A stretch of DNA of 64,000 nt from Candidatus Azambacteria bacterium. GTDB taxonomy: Bacteria > Patescibacteriota > Minisyncoccia > UBA10092. Positions within the stretch are counted from its first letter, which is position 1. Each line of letters begins with the position of its first letter. The stretch lies in the NCBI GenBank assembly GCA_003455995.1, contig DMPO01000001.1, positions 14,945 to 78,944 on the forward strand, read 5' to 3'. The notes beneath the pieces are model-generated. The model was not told where the DNA came from. It was given only the letters and a program-made list of their open reading frames with translations, and did no database searches. Shown here one piece after another: positions 1 through 9,829 of the stretch. Position numbers and translations under genes: made by a program.

Positions 1-519
1 TTTGTTTATTTTTTCCAGCAATTTTCCGATTTCTTTAATCGGCTGTATCGTTCCGATTTCGTTGTTGGCGTAAATAACACTAATTAAAATCGTGTTATCT
101 TTTATCGCTTTTTCCAGATCGGCAATTTTTATTAATCCCGTTTTATCAACCGTCAAATAAGTTATCTCGTGTCCGCTTTTTTCCAATTCCTTCAATGGCT
201 CCAATACTGATTCATGTTCTATTTTTGTGGAAATAATATGAAATTTTTGGACATTCTTTACAATTCCCAGAATTGCAAGGTTATTCGCCTCTGTTGCCGA
301 GCCGGTAAAAATAATTTCCGAAAAATCACAATTAAAACATTGCGCGATTGTTTCTCGCGCCTTATCTACCGCCGCTATCGCTTCTTGGCCGAATGAATGA
401 GTGGAAGAAGCGTTGCCGAATTTTTCGCTAAAATACGGCATCATCACCTTTAGCACTTCCCTATCAACCGGCGTCGTTGCGGCAAAATCAAGATAAATCT
501 TGTTGTTTTTCTTAGACAT
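1..519 (-). CDS. iscS: Cysteine desulfurase (IscS/NifS family), 5' part; runs off the window
   Basis: Not in ORF track. Reverse strand from CAT at 517-519 reads MSKKNNKIYLDFAATTPVD...FGNASSTHSFG...IIFTGSATEANNLAI, the typical NifS/IscS N-terminus. Confidence 0.9.
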   Translation of the reverse strand, partial: MSKKNNKIYLDFAATTPVDREVLKVMMPYFSEKFGNASSTHSFGQEAIAAVDKARETIAQCFNCDFSEIIFTGSATEANNLAILGIVKNVQKFHIISTKIEHESVLEPLKELEKSGHEITYLTVDKTGLIKIADLEKAIKDNTILISVIYANNEIGTIQPIKEIGKLLEKINK

Positions 520-1288
520 GTTCCAGAGTGGCGTTGCGTTCTTTGACTTCCTGTTCAGCTTTGGCGCGCCAGTCGCGGCCGGCGCACAATTCGTGATAGG
601 CGCAAAAATCACAGACAAAATTTACGGTCCATTTCCCCCGCTCTTTGTCAAAAACCACCGGATCCGACACTGGCGGAAGCTCGTCCATTTTCCAAGAATT
701 ATTCAAAATTTCCAACTGGTCAATGACGGGTTTGATGGCGCTTTCGGAATAATCTACGGGAATAATCAAGCGATTCAAATCGTCTCGGGAAACATAAATC
801 AGCCGACCCTGCAGATTGGAAAAATTTATTTCCGGACAATCCTGATGGCCGTAATTGCGCAACCGCCATAAGTAAAAAAGCGCTTGCAGTTTATGCTGGG
901 GCTGGGGTTGCTTATTCTTCATTTTATATTTGAAACTGAAGGAATTAGTCGATTTTATTTCGTAAAGAATCGGCTTGCCGCCCTCGTATAAAATTAAATC
1001 GACTTTCCCCGACGCTTCATATTCCGGCGCTTCGATTCTCAATTGTTCGGCAATCAAATGCCCCGATTGCTTTACTTTATTAACAATCCACTCTTCGACG
1101 ATCTTACCCACCTCCATGATACCCATTCTCCCCGGCGGGATGATTGATGTCGGAGGCAGTCCTTTGCGGCGATAAAAGGCGCCCCTCAAACAGGAATTCA
1201 GATCCGTCGCCCACCAGCTTTTCTTGGCGTAGGGCTCGCGGACAAAACTTTCGTTTATTATTTTGTCTAAAAAAGTGAAGGAGTCCAT
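512..1288 (-). CDS. Solo Cas4-like / AddB-like PD-(D/E)XK exonuclease with predicted Fe-S cluster
   Basis: N-terminal Cys (NSCLRG), GKVD...EIKS, QxxxY (QALFY) and C-terminal CxxCxxxxxC (CDFCAYHELC). Confidence 0.75.
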   Translation of the reverse strand: MDSFTFLDKIINESFVREPYAKKSWWATDLNSCLRGAFYRRKGLPPTSIIPPGRMGIMEVGKIVEEWIVNKVKQSGHLIAEQLRIEAPEYEASGKVDLILYEGGKPILYEIKSTNSFSFKYKMKNKQPQPQHKLQALFYLWRLRNYGHQDCPEINFSNLQGRLIYVSRDDLNRLIIPVDYSESAIKPVIDQLEILNNSWKMDELPPVSDPVVFDKERGKWTVNFVCDFCAYHELCAGRDWRAKAEQEVKERNATLEHV

Positions 1289-1887
1289 AATATTTTTGTT
1301 TTTCCGCCAGAGGCGGGTCCGCCTCTGGCGGAAAATCTTCGACTTGCGAAGTCAACTTTTAAAATTTTAATATACGGCAGATTGGCGTCGCGGGCAGTGA
1401 ATTTTATTTCTCCATTTTTCAATCCGTATTCATACAGATCGCGCGTCAGCCGCACATCATCGAGGCAGTATTTTTTTAGTTCGTCCATTCTCCCCTGCCG
1501 CCAATAATCGACGGCGATGAGGCCGTTGGCGCTTTTCTTTTTTCCCAAAGTGTTAACACAGAGATCGTCCAAGCTAACCCGATGCCCCATGGCATTGACG
1601 ATTTCAGTCATAATGTCCAAACTGGGAATTTTCATGATGTCCACCGATAGATATTTTTTTAAAACCGGCAAATCAAAACCGTCGGTGTTGAAGCCGATAA
1701 TCAATTCGGTTTTTCTCAACAAATCCTCAAACGCCGGCAATTCTTTTTCCGTGAAAGTCAGGAATTTTTTATCGGCGTAAGAATAAACGCCGGCCACCGA
1801 CAGCAGAAGCTTATGCAGATTTTCTTTTCCGCCGACATCGGAAAATAAATTTTGCGTTTCAATATCCAGAACAATATGATTAGCCAT
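1267..1887 (-). CDS. RNase H-like DEDD 3'-5' exonuclease (YprB/RNase_H_2-like)
   Basis: VLDIETQ, IGFN..GFDLPVL, YCLDDV motifs; the C-terminus runs through a palindromic element. Confidence 0.8.
   Translation of the reverse strand: MANHIVLDIETQNLFSDVGGKENLHKLLLSVAGVYSYADKKFLTFTEKELPAFEDLLRKTELIIGFNTDGFDLPVLKKYLSVDIMKIPSLDIMTEIVNAMGHRVSLDDLCVNTLGKKKSANGLIAVDYWRQGRMDELKKYCLDDVRLTRDLYEYGLKNGEIKFTARDANLPYIKILKVDFASRRFSARGGPASGGKTKILWTPSLF
1300..1335. repeat. GC-rich palindromic element, family A (TCCGCCAGAGGCGG-GTCCGCCTCTGGCGGA)
   Basis: Near-perfect palindrome; related copies at 15199-15228 and 32461-32477. Confidence 0.8.
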
Positions 1888-1893
1888 AAGATT

Positions 1894-2967
1894 TTATTCT
1901 TCTTCCTCGATTGCCGGTCCTTCGATTTGCAGGGGCTCGATTTCCCCCGCTTTTCCCGTAATTTTTATCACATCTTTGTCGACCTTGCCGAATTCCTTGG
2001 AAGCGCGATTATAGGCATTAACCGTCGTGCCCAAATTATTGCCCAATTTTTTCATATATTCGTCATAGCTCAAAAGATGTTTTTGCAGCATTTCCACATA
2101 TTTGCGGATTTCTTTCGCCGATTCTTCAATTTGCAGCGCCCGCAGACCCTGCATAACGGTTTGCAGATAAGCGAAAAATGATGTCGGCGAAACGATAATG
2201 ACATGCTTTTCCTTAAAAGCGTATTCAATCAAATCGCGCGTGTTAACCTTAATCGCTCCGACCTGGTTAACCAATAAATCGTAATAAATTCCCTCGGCGG
2301 GAATGAACATAAACGCGAAATCCATAGTATTTTCATTCGGTTTGATATATTTAGCCGTTTCGTCAATACGGTTTTTTAAATCGGCTTTAAATTGTTTTTC
2401 CAGTTCTTCTTTCCTATCTTGGTCTTTTTCATTCAAAATCCGGTTGTAATTTTCAAGCGAGAATTTGGAATCGATGGGAATAATTTTATCTTTGACAAAA
2501 ACCACCGCGTCGACAATGTCGCCATTCTTAAATTCGTACTGCATTTGGTAATTTTTCGGCGGCAGAACATTTTTTAAAACATTTTCCAAAAAATATTCAC
2601 CAAGAACGCCGCGATGTTTGGGATTTTTCAAAACATCTTCCAGACCCTGCAATTGGTCGGCGACATTCATCACTTGCTTGTTGGTTTCGTCCAGTTTCGT
2701 CAGCCGTTCGGTAACATCGCGGACAATTTTGGCGCTTTGCGCGAATTGCTGTTGGAACATCTTGGCCGAATCCCCCATTTTATTTTCCACCTGCGAACCG
2801 AAATTCTGCAGGGTTTGGCGCATTTCTTTCAACTGATCCTGAATCATTAAAATCGCTTGATTGTCCTGCGGTTTTTCTCCGGACTTTTTTCGCAACAAAA
2901 AATAAACCAGCATGGCGATTACCCCTGCCATCAAAATTAAAATAGTTAATAAAATTCCCTGATCCAT
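1894..2967 (-). CDS. rmuC: DNA recombination protein RmuC
   Basis: N-terminal TM helix, coiled coil, RGVLGE, PIDSKF, FAFMFIPAE, IVSPT; start moved to MDQG at 2967. Confidence 0.9.
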   Translation of the reverse strand: MDQGILLTILILMAGVIAMLVYFLLRKKSGEKPQDNQAILMIQDQLKEMRQTLQNFGSQVENKMGDSAKMFQQQFAQSAKIVRDVTERLTKLDETNKQVMNVADQLQGLEDVLKNPKHRGVLGEYFLENVLKNVLPPKNYQMQYEFKNGDIVDAVVFVKDKIIPIDSKFSLENYNRILNEKDQDRKEELEKQFKADLKNRIDETAKYIKPNENTMDFAFMFIPAEGIYYDLLVNQVGAIKVNTRDLIEYAFKEKHVIIVSPTSFFAYLQTVMQGLRALQIEESAKEIRKYVEMLQKHLLSYDEYMKKLGNNLGTTVNAYNRASKEFGKVDKDVIKITGKAGEIEPLQIEGPAIEEEE

Positions 2968-3029
2968 TAAAATGATTTTATCATGCTTTTTGGATATTTC
3001 ACAATTTGGTGTAAAATAAAACCAAATAC

Positions 3030-3509
3030 ATGTTGCTTGATTCCAAAAGACCGTTTTATTTAATATCCGGAATATTGATTTTGGGTTTGTTGGGTATTGT
3101 TTTTTATTTTCAATATCAAAAAACAATTGATAAAAACTCCATTACTGTTATCACCGGCGATAAGCCCATAAAAATTCAAGTTGAGTTTGTCAAAACTTCT
3201 GAAGAATTGACTCGGGGATTGATGAATCGCGTTTCATTGGACGAAAATTCCGGAATGTTTTTTGTTTTTTCCGACGAAGCAACGCGAAGTTTCTGGATGA
3301 AAAATACTTTAATCCCGCTTGATATAATTTTTATTTCTTCAAATGGCCATATAAACGAAATAACAACTATGAATCCTTGCCAAGAAAATAATATCTGTCA
3401 GCCATATGAATCAAAATTGCCGGCGCAATTCGTTTTGGAAATCAATGCCGACCAAGCCGAAAAACGGAACATATCCCCCGGCGACATCATCCAACTCCCT
3501 CAAAAATAA
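3030..3509 (+). CDS. DUF192 family protein
   Basis: RGLMNR...GMFFVF...FWMKNTLIPLDIIF...VLEIN. Confidence 0.85.
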   Translation: MLLDSKRPFYLISGILILGLLGIVFYFQYQKTIDKNSITVITGDKPIKIQVEFVKTSEELTRGLMNRVSLDENSGMFFVFSDEATRSFWMKNTLIPLDIIFISSNGHINEITTMNPCQENNICQPYESKLPAQFVLEINADQAEKRNISPGDIIQLPQK

Positions 3510-3510
3510 T

Positions 3511-4281
3511 TTACTTTATCAAATAAGTCAGGGTGACGCTTATGGCGATGTCCTGACTGCCGGGTTCGATTTGCGGAGATGATTTTGCTATCGCGCCTCC
3601 CATGCCCATCGCTTCATAAAACATCGGCGGTTCTCCGGCTGAATTTTCGCTAAAACCAATGATGCGGCCAAGACGGAAACCTGCCGTTTTGCCGGTGATT
3701 TTAGCTTTTTCTTTCGCCTGCTTGACCGCTTCCTCGCGCGCTTTATTTCTTAATTCTTCCGGCCTGTCCACCAGCATCGATATGGAATTGATTTGATTGG
3801 CGCCATTGGAAACCGCGCCGTCCAAAATGTCGCCAACTTTGGCAATATCGCGAATCGTAACGGAAAGCGACTGATTCAAAATATAGCCGGCTAGCGTTGA
3901 CTTGCCTTTATTGTAATCGTATTTCGGAGACAGATTATAGTTGTTGGTTTTGATGTCCTCATCTTTTATTCCCTGATTTTTCAGAAATTTAATCACCGAG
4001 TTCATCTTGGAAGAATTCTCGTTCTGGACCGAAATTGAATCTTTGCCCTCAGTCGATAATCCAATCTCAACTTTGGCGGTATCCGGCGCGGCTTTTACCT
4101 TGCCTTCTCCGGAAAAACTGACCGTTTGATAGGCATTCACCGCTCCGCCGTTGCGATAACTGTTTACCGCGCCAACCAATTGATTGAAACCGGCAAAAAC
4201 CAAAAATAGCGTCAAAATGATAAGACCGACGCACACAACTCTTCGTTCGCATTCCGGCAATTTATTATAATCAAAAGCCAT
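3511..4281 (-). CDS. SIMPL domain (DUF541) protein
   Basis: N-terminal TM, SGEGKV...PDTA, GANQI, IEPG motifs. Confidence 0.85.
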   Translation of the reverse strand: MAFDYNKLPECERRVVCVGLIILTLFLVFAGFNQLVGAVNSYRNGGAVNAYQTVSFSGEGKVKAAPDTAKVEIGLSTEGKDSISVQNENSSKMNSVIKFLKNQGIKDEDIKTNNYNLSPKYDYNKGKSTLAGYILNQSLSVTIRDIAKVGDILDGAVSNGANQINSISMLVDRPEELRNKAREEAVKQAKEKAKITGKTAGFRLGRIIGFSENSAGEPPMFYEAMGMGGAIAKSSPQIEPGSQDIAISVTLTYLIK

Positions 4282-4286
4282 ATTTT

Positions 4287-4655
4287 TTATTTTAATGGTA
4301 ATTGACAACCGCTTTCTTGCGATAATTTTTCAATGCCCTGTTCCCCAACTAATTTCTTCCCATCCGGAAAAATCCATGTCGGATAACCGGTAACGCCTTT
4401 TTCCAGACACGCTTGCGGATTTTTGGGACATTCGACATAGGATACGAATTGAAACGAACTGCCGAACGCCCTTTTTTCATTCTGGCAATGGGAACACCAG
4501 TCGGCGCCGTACATAGCAACTTTCTTTTCCGCCAAACATTTGGCAAAATCATCATATTGGGAAATGGCCGGCGGCGCCGATTTGTAAAAATACCACGCGA
4601 CAATAACAAGTGCCAAAATAATCAAACCGATTATGTATAATAATTTTTTATTCAT
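4287..4655 (-). CDS. Membrane-anchored thioredoxin-like protein
   Basis: MYGADWCSHC and GYPTW (cis-Pro) motifs after a TM helix. Confidence 0.8.
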   Translation of the reverse strand: MNKKLLYIIGLIILALVIVAWYFYKSAPPAISQYDDFAKCLAEKKVAMYGADWCSHCQNEKRAFGSSFQFVSYVECPKNPQACLEKGVTGYPTWIFPDGKKLVGEQGIEKLSQESGCQLPLK

Positions 4656-4669
4656 AAAAATTATGCACA

Positions 4670-5170
4670 TCATTCATCGCAGCAATCGACTAATTTATTC
4701 ATAATGTCCGTCAGCGTCCACGGTTTTTCTTCAGACGCGATTTTCTTCAATTCGGTGGTGTCAATCAATTTAAGGCGCAACGCCCAAAACAGGGAGTAAA
4801 TTTCATTGGCTTTGCCGTAAATTTCCTTGGCTTCCTCTTTTTTGCCGTCGGACTGTAATTTGGTACCCACTTCAATTAACCGCATGGTCGTCCCCAAAAG
4901 ATGCTTGGAAATGCACCAGGTCTCGCCTTCGTGCTTGTCAATTAATTTTTTCAGCAGCGATTTTCTTATTTCCCGCGCTTCCAAAAGAAGATCCAAATAA
5001 CCGTCTTTACCGGTCTTGGCGTTGGTAAAAAAGAAGTGTTCCTCCAAAGAAACCAAATTCATCACCGCGATGCTTAAATCCTCTTCGGTCGATAAATCAA
5101 CCTCACCGGATTTTTTCATCCGTTCTATTTTCTTCATCAATTCAGAAAATTTGTCGTTTTCTTCATTCAT
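4670..5170 (-). CDS. Hypothetical helical protein with C-terminal DCCDE
   Basis: ORF tightly packed between the CcdA-like and thioredoxin-like genes. Confidence 0.65.
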   Translation of the reverse strand: MNEENDKFSELMKKIERMKKSGEVDLSTEEDLSIAVMNLVSLEEHFFFTNAKTGKDGYLDLLLEAREIRKSLLKKLIDKHEGETWCISKHLLGTTMRLIEVGTKLQSDGKKEEAKEIYGKANEIYSLFWALRLKLIDTTELKKIASEEKPWTLTDIMNKLVDCCDE

Positions 5171-5177
5171 ATTTCTA

Positions 5178-5840
5178 TTATAATACAAAAATCGCGATTC
5201 CCAAAATTATCATGGCGATTCCGCTCCACAATTTGATTCTGATATTTCCATCCTCTTTCCACGACTGCATTTTGGCAAGAAGAGTTTTATTGCTTGCGAT
5301 TAATAACGCAATGACGAGAGGCGAAACAAAAACCAGGTTATAGTATATCAAATACACCAGACCCTTCGCAAAAGTGGCCTGATCATGCAGAAGCCCCAAA
5401 ATCATCAGATACGGACCTCCGGTGCAGGGAAATTCATAAAGGCCGACCAAAACGCCGAGAAAAAACGCCGCCGGAATCGAGCCCTTTTCAATCAATGTCG
5501 CCATTTTTGGCTTGATAAAAGCGGGAATTTTAAGTTTTATCGGAAAGGCGGGAAAAAATTCATTCAATATACTGATCGCTCCCGCCAAAATCAAAATTGC
5601 CGCGCCGATCTTGCCCATAAAATGAGGCACATTAAAAAAATTGAGCGCCCTCATGATGCCGAGCCCGATTGATACATATATTAAAAATATGCCTGCAATA
5701 TACACCCCGCCGATTTTTATAATATTGGTTCGCGTCTTGCCGGCGTTAAAAAGAAAAGCAATTGTCAAGATTAAAACCGAAAAAGCGCAAAAATTTACGC
5801 TGTCGATAACAGCGGCGATTGTTACCAGAGAAATACTCAT
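5178..5840 (-). CDS. CcdA/DsbD-like transmembrane thiol-redox protein
   Basis: Six TM helices; DSVNFCAF and EFPCTGGPY cysteine motifs. Confidence 0.75.
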   Translation of the reverse strand: MSISLVTIAAVIDSVNFCAFSVLILTIAFLFNAGKTRTNIIKIGGVYIAGIFLIYVSIGLGIMRALNFFNVPHFMGKIGAAILILAGAISILNEFFPAFPIKLKIPAFIKPKMATLIEKGSIPAAFFLGVLVGLYEFPCTGGPYLMILGLLHDQATFAKGLVYLIYYNLVFVSPLVIALLIASNKTLLAKMQSWKEDGNIRIKLWSGIAMIILGIAIFVL

Positions 5841-5894
5841 ATTTCCTCTTCTTCGTCGTCGCTTAATGGTTTAGGCAAGATTGAGAATTTCATT

Positions 5895-6386
5895 TTAGGT
5901 CCGTTTAGCGAAGTATACTCCATCGTTAAAAATTTTCCAAGTCGCGCCGATAATCAAAAATCCCAACAGCCAGCCGGCGATAACATCCGATGTCCAATGA
6001 ACGCCGAGATATATCCTTGAAAATCCGATAAGAAAAATGAACGCGCCGGCCGCGATTGAAATTATTATTTTCTGCCATTTTTTACGACATAATTTGTAAA
6101 TAAAATAACCGATTATTCCGTAAAAAATAATCGCCATCATCGCGTGGCCGCTGGGAAATGAATAACCGCTTTCCTGTATCAATGCCAAACTCGCATCAGG
6201 TCGCGGACGGCGAACAATAAATTTCAAAATTTCTTTGATAATTTCGCCGCTTATTAAAGCGGCGACAAGAAAAACGGTCTCTTGTTTTTTTCTCAATAAC
6301 GCCAATATCGCAACCGCGACAACGCCAAAGCCGACAATAACTTGCCAATTTCCGAGATAAGTAACAAAAACCATAATTTGAAACAT
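5895..6386 (-). CDS. PAP2 family phosphatase
   Basis: K...RPRP, SFPSGH, SRIYLGVHW motifs. Confidence 0.9.
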   Translation of the reverse strand: MFQIMVFVTYLGNWQVIVGFGVVAVAILALLRKKQETVFLVAALISGEIIKEILKFIVRRPRPDASLALIQESGYSFPSGHAMMAIIFYGIIGYFIYKLCRKKWQKIIISIAAGAFIFLIGFSRIYLGVHWTSDVIAGWLLGFLIIGATWKIFNDGVYFAKRT

Positions 6387-6445
6387 TATTTTTATTATAT
6401 AACTTATTTAAACAAATAAAAACCCCGTCTTAGCGGGGTATTTAA

Positions 6446-7537
6446 TTACCTACCGTGTCTTATTTCGGAAATGTGTTTTACACCGTCCCTGATCATCAAA
6501 TCTTTCAACCCTTCATTGATCTGATGGACGATGGCGGGGCCCTTATATACAAGGGCGGAATAAATTTGGATCAGATCGGCGTATTTTAACATTTCATACG
6601 CCCGCGCCGCGTTGGAAATCCCGCCGACCGCAATAATTGGAATTTTTTTATTAATTTTAATGCTCAAATATACAATCGTGGTAAGCGCTTTTTTCCAAAG
6701 CGGTCTGCCGCTTAATCCCCCTTCCTCGGTTGTCGGCACAGTTAGTCCGTCGCGAGTGACAGTGGTATTTACGGCAATCAAGCCGTCAACGCCACAATCA
6801 AAACAAACCTCTAACACATCATCAATCTCGTCCAATCCTAAATCGGGCGAAATTTTTACCAAAATTTTTTTGGGCTTTTGTTTAGTTAATTCCGCAAGCG
6901 CCTTATTCTCTTTTTTCAAGAATGAAATTATATCTTTCAAATGCGCTTTTTCTTGCAGCTTTCTCAATCCGGGCGTATTCGGCGAGCTGACATTTATTAC
7001 GAAATAGTCGCCACAAAGATACAGTTGCCTGAATGAATAACAGTAATCCATAGCCGCCATTTCAAGCGGTGTATTTTTCGATTTTCCCAAACTGATTCCC
7101 AGCGGAATATCCGATCCGGCAGTTCTTCTTAAATGCCAAGATACGGTGTCGGCGCCGGCGCTTGGAAACCCCATGCGATTGATAATTGCTTCATCTTCCG
7201 GAAAGCGAAAAATGCGCGGCTGTGGATTTCCCGGCTGTTCGAATCTTGTCACCGTTCCCATTTCCAAAAAACCGAACCCCAGCGATTGGAACCCTCTTAA
7301 AACGACTCCATTTTTGTCGAATCCGGCGGCCAGTCCGACAGGATTGCGAAATTTCAACCCAAATATTTCCCGCTCCAAAGCAGGGTCTTCAAAAGTCGCG
7401 CATTGCGCTACCAACTTTGCCAACCATCTTTGATTTCCGACAAAACTTAACAGGGCCAAAACCGCTTCATGAGCATCTTCCGGGTCTTTCCTAAACAACT
7501 TAAACAAAATCGGCCTCACCATCCATCTGTAGATCAT
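6446..7537 (-). CDS. pyrD: Dihydroorotate dehydrogenase, class 2 (quinone-type)
   Basis: DPEDAH, GLAAGFDKNG, NRMGF, NVSSPNTPGLR, GGLSG motifs. Confidence 0.92.
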   Translation of the reverse strand: MIYRWMVRPILFKLFRKDPEDAHEAVLALLSFVGNQRWLAKLVAQCATFEDPALEREIFGLKFRNPVGLAAGFDKNGVVLRGFQSLGFGFLEMGTVTRFEQPGNPQPRIFRFPEDEAIINRMGFPSAGADTVSWHLRRTAGSDIPLGISLGKSKNTPLEMAAMDYCYSFRQLYLCGDYFVINVSSPNTPGLRKLQEKAHLKDIISFLKKENKALAELTKQKPKKILVKISPDLGLDEIDDVLEVCFDCGVDGLIAVNTTVTRDGLTVPTTEEGGLSGRPLWKKALTTIVYLSIKINKKIPIIAVGGISNAARAYEMLKYADLIQIYSALVYKGPAIVHQINEGLKDLMIRDGVKHISEIRHGR

Positions 7538-7622
7538 CTTCTCCGCCCTCCTTTCTTTTTATACTTTTTTAAACAACTTGGTGACACTAAAATAACACGC
7601 AATGCGTGTTATTTGTCAATAA

Positions 7623-7693
7623 CTGCGGGACAGGGAGTCGAACCCCAATTTCATGGTTCAGAGCCATGCGTGCTACCATTACACCATCCCGCA
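7623..7693 (-). tRNA. tRNA-Gln(CUG)
   Basis: Reverse strand TGCGGGATGGTGTAATGGTAGCACGCATGGCTCTGAACCATG...GGTTCGACTCCCTGTCCCGCA cloverleaf. Confidence 0.93.
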
Positions 7694-7705
7694 ATATATC
7701 AGTTT

Positions 7706-8614
7706 TCAAACTTTCAAATATTTTCGCACTGCCACCCAACTGGAAAAGACGCCCAATATTATGCCACCCAAGGTTTGAAAAAGCAATAATGGCCAAAAAT
7801 TATCGCCGATGTAACTTACAAGATTTATGTTAGGAAGAAAATCAAAAAGTTTCGGCCCTAAGAAACCGATGCCCGGAATAACAATCATGAAAGAAATTAT
7901 GGACGCGACAACACCATGCAAAACGCCTTCGACAATAAAGGGCCCCCTCACGAACCAATTGGAAGCGCCGACTAGTTTCATCACCGTTATTTCTTCCCGC
8001 GCGGAATAAATCGCCAGCCGCACCGTGTTGAAAGCCACCAGAAAAGCGATAAAAGCCAAAATTAAACTCGCCGCAACCCCGCTCTCGCGCAACACTTTGA
8101 TAATATTACTTAACCGATCAATGGCGTCTTTATTTTCCGTATAGGTAATATTGGTAATGATGCCCTTATATTGATCTTGATTCAAAAAAGCGGTGATAGC
8201 GGGATATTGCGATAAATTCTTAGCCAAAATATTTAAACTTGCTTCCAGCGGGTTGATTCCAATTTCTTGAAGCGACTTAATAAAGATATCGTTATCGGCA
8301 TGCCGTTTTTTAAAAATTGGCAGGGCCTGTTCCGCGGAAATATATTCGACGCTATTCACTTCTCCCATCCCTTCTAATTTTGACTTTAACGCCAAAATAT
8401 CCATTTCTTTGGCGCCCAAATTGAAATAGACGCTGATATCAACCTTTTCTACCAACACATCCAAAACCGAAGTTAACACCACATTTAAAAGAAAAATACT
8501 GGTCCAAACGACAAGAGTAACCGTCATTATCAAAACCGTGGCGGTCGATAGCCAGCCATTGCGCCAAAAATTTAACATTCCCGCTTTTATTATTCTATGG
8601 AGCGTTGTAAACAT
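7706..8614 (-). CDS. ftsX: Cell division permease FtsX
   Basis: TM architecture; REEITVMKLVGASNWFVRGPF motif; adjacent to ftsE. Confidence 0.92.
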   Translation of the reverse strand: MFTTLHRIIKAGMLNFWRNGWLSTATVLIMTVTLVVWTSIFLLNVVLTSVLDVLVEKVDISVYFNLGAKEMDILALKSKLEGMGEVNSVEYISAEQALPIFKKRHADNDIFIKSLQEIGINPLEASLNILAKNLSQYPAITAFLNQDQYKGIITNITYTENKDAIDRLSNIIKVLRESGVAASLILAFIAFLVAFNTVRLAIYSAREEITVMKLVGASNWFVRGPFIVEGVLHGVVASIISFMIVIPGIGFLGPKLFDFLPNINLVSYIGDNFWPLLLFQTLGGIILGVFSSWVAVRKYLKV

Positions 8615-8619
8615 AATAA

Positions 8620-9303
8620 TTATGAAAGAATGTAGCGACCGGGGTTTTCGTCTCTCGAAACCACGCCATTTTCCAAACTGACCACGCGCCGTTCGAGCGC
8701 GTTGATAATTTCTTTGTCATGCGTCGCCAAAATGACCGTAGTGCCCAGTTCATTAATTTTAATGAGAAGCCGGATAATATCCCAAGTATTAATGGGGTCA
8801 AGATTGCCCGTCGGTTCGTCGGCGACAATAACGCTCGGCCGGTGAACCATGGCGCGAGCAATGGCGACTCTCTGTTTTTCACCGCCGGAAAGTTCTCGGG
8901 GAAAATTGTCCTTTTTATTTTTCAGGCCTACCAAATCCAAAACCCTGCCGACATCATTTTGAATTTCCGCTTCGCTTTTACCGGCTACTTCCATCGCAAA
9001 AGCCACATTTTCATAGGCGGTTTTGTTGGGCAATAATTTAAAATCCTGAAAAACCGCCCCTATTTGGCGGCGCAAAAAAGGCAACTCTTTGGCCGGCATT
9101 TTCAGAATGTTTTGTTTGTTAAAAAAAATTCTGCCGCCGGTTGGTTTCTCTTCCGCGATTAAAAGTTTTAAAAGCGTCGACTTCCCCGCCCCGGAACGGC
9201 CTACGACCGACACAAATTCTTGGGGCTTAACCTCAAACGAAACGCTTTTCAAAGCCACGGAATGGCTGTTGTAAATTTTGCTGACATGTTCAAATCGTAT
9301 CAT
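8620..9303 (-). CDS. ftsE: Cell division ATP-binding protein FtsE
   Basis: GRSGAGKST, VFQDFKLL, LSGGEKQR, ADEPTGNLD; start moved to MIRF. Confidence 0.93.
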   Translation of the reverse strand: MIRFEHVSKIYNSHSVALKSVSFEVKPQEFVSVVGRSGAGKSTLLKLLIAEEKPTGGRIFFNKQNILKMPAKELPFLRRQIGAVFQDFKLLPNKTAYENVAFAMEVAGKSEAEIQNDVGRVLDLVGLKNKKDNFPRELSGGEKQRVAIARAMVHRPSVIVADEPTGNLDPINTWDIIRLLIKINELGTTVILATHDKEIINALERRVVSLENGVVSRDENPGRYILS

Positions 9304-9368
9304 CGCCGTGTATGTCGGTATTTTACCAAAATAAAAATCCCCAGGCAAATCTGAGGATGGTAACCGAC

Positions 9369-9572
9369 TCAAAAAAAGACAATACACGCCGCCCGCGCTT
9401 TTGATTTAGCCCGCGCAATTCTGTATGTATCCGCCTCTTTCGAGACCTTTCGAGCAACTTCCGCCCAGAAATTTGGCATATCAACGCTTTTCCACATCTT
9501 TTCGAGCTCGTCCGCTCTTTTGACAATCAATTTTTTATGTTGTTTTTGAATATTCATTCTTTTCTTAGCCAT
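9369..9572 (-). CDS. Small basic hypothetical protein
   Basis: 67-aa ORF with AGGAGG-like RBS upstream. Confidence 0.55.
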   Translation of the reverse strand: MAKKRMNIQKQHKKLIVKRADELEKMWKSVDMPNFWAEVARKVSKEADTYRIARAKSKARAACIVFF

Positions 9573-9663
9573 AATCCCTCCTTTTATTGTTAAAAAACCG
9601 TTTATGCGCTCAGAAGAATTCTGAGCCTGCGTCCAGGGTTGTTTATTTCACATAATTCCAAAC

Positions 9664-9736
9664 TGCGCCCAGCAGGATTCGAACCTGCGACCGTCTCCTT
9701 AAAAGGGAGCTGCTCTACCGACTGAGCTATGGGCGC
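9664..9736 (-). tRNA. tRNA-Lys(UUU)
   Basis: GCGCCCATAGCTCAGTCGGTAGAGCAGCTCCCTTTTAAGGAGACG...GGTTCGAATCCTGCTGGGCGCA. Confidence 0.93.
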
Positions 9737-9829
9737 AGTTTGAAATTATATTTTTATATGAACAACCCGTTAAAAGTAATAACATTACTTTTAACCCATC
9801 TCCAAAAAGGGAGCCATTTCACTACTAAT

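Noticed and set aside
2968-3126. N-terminal extension of rmuC
   Set aside because: It overlaps the divergent DUF192 gene; the TM anchor starts at MDQG.
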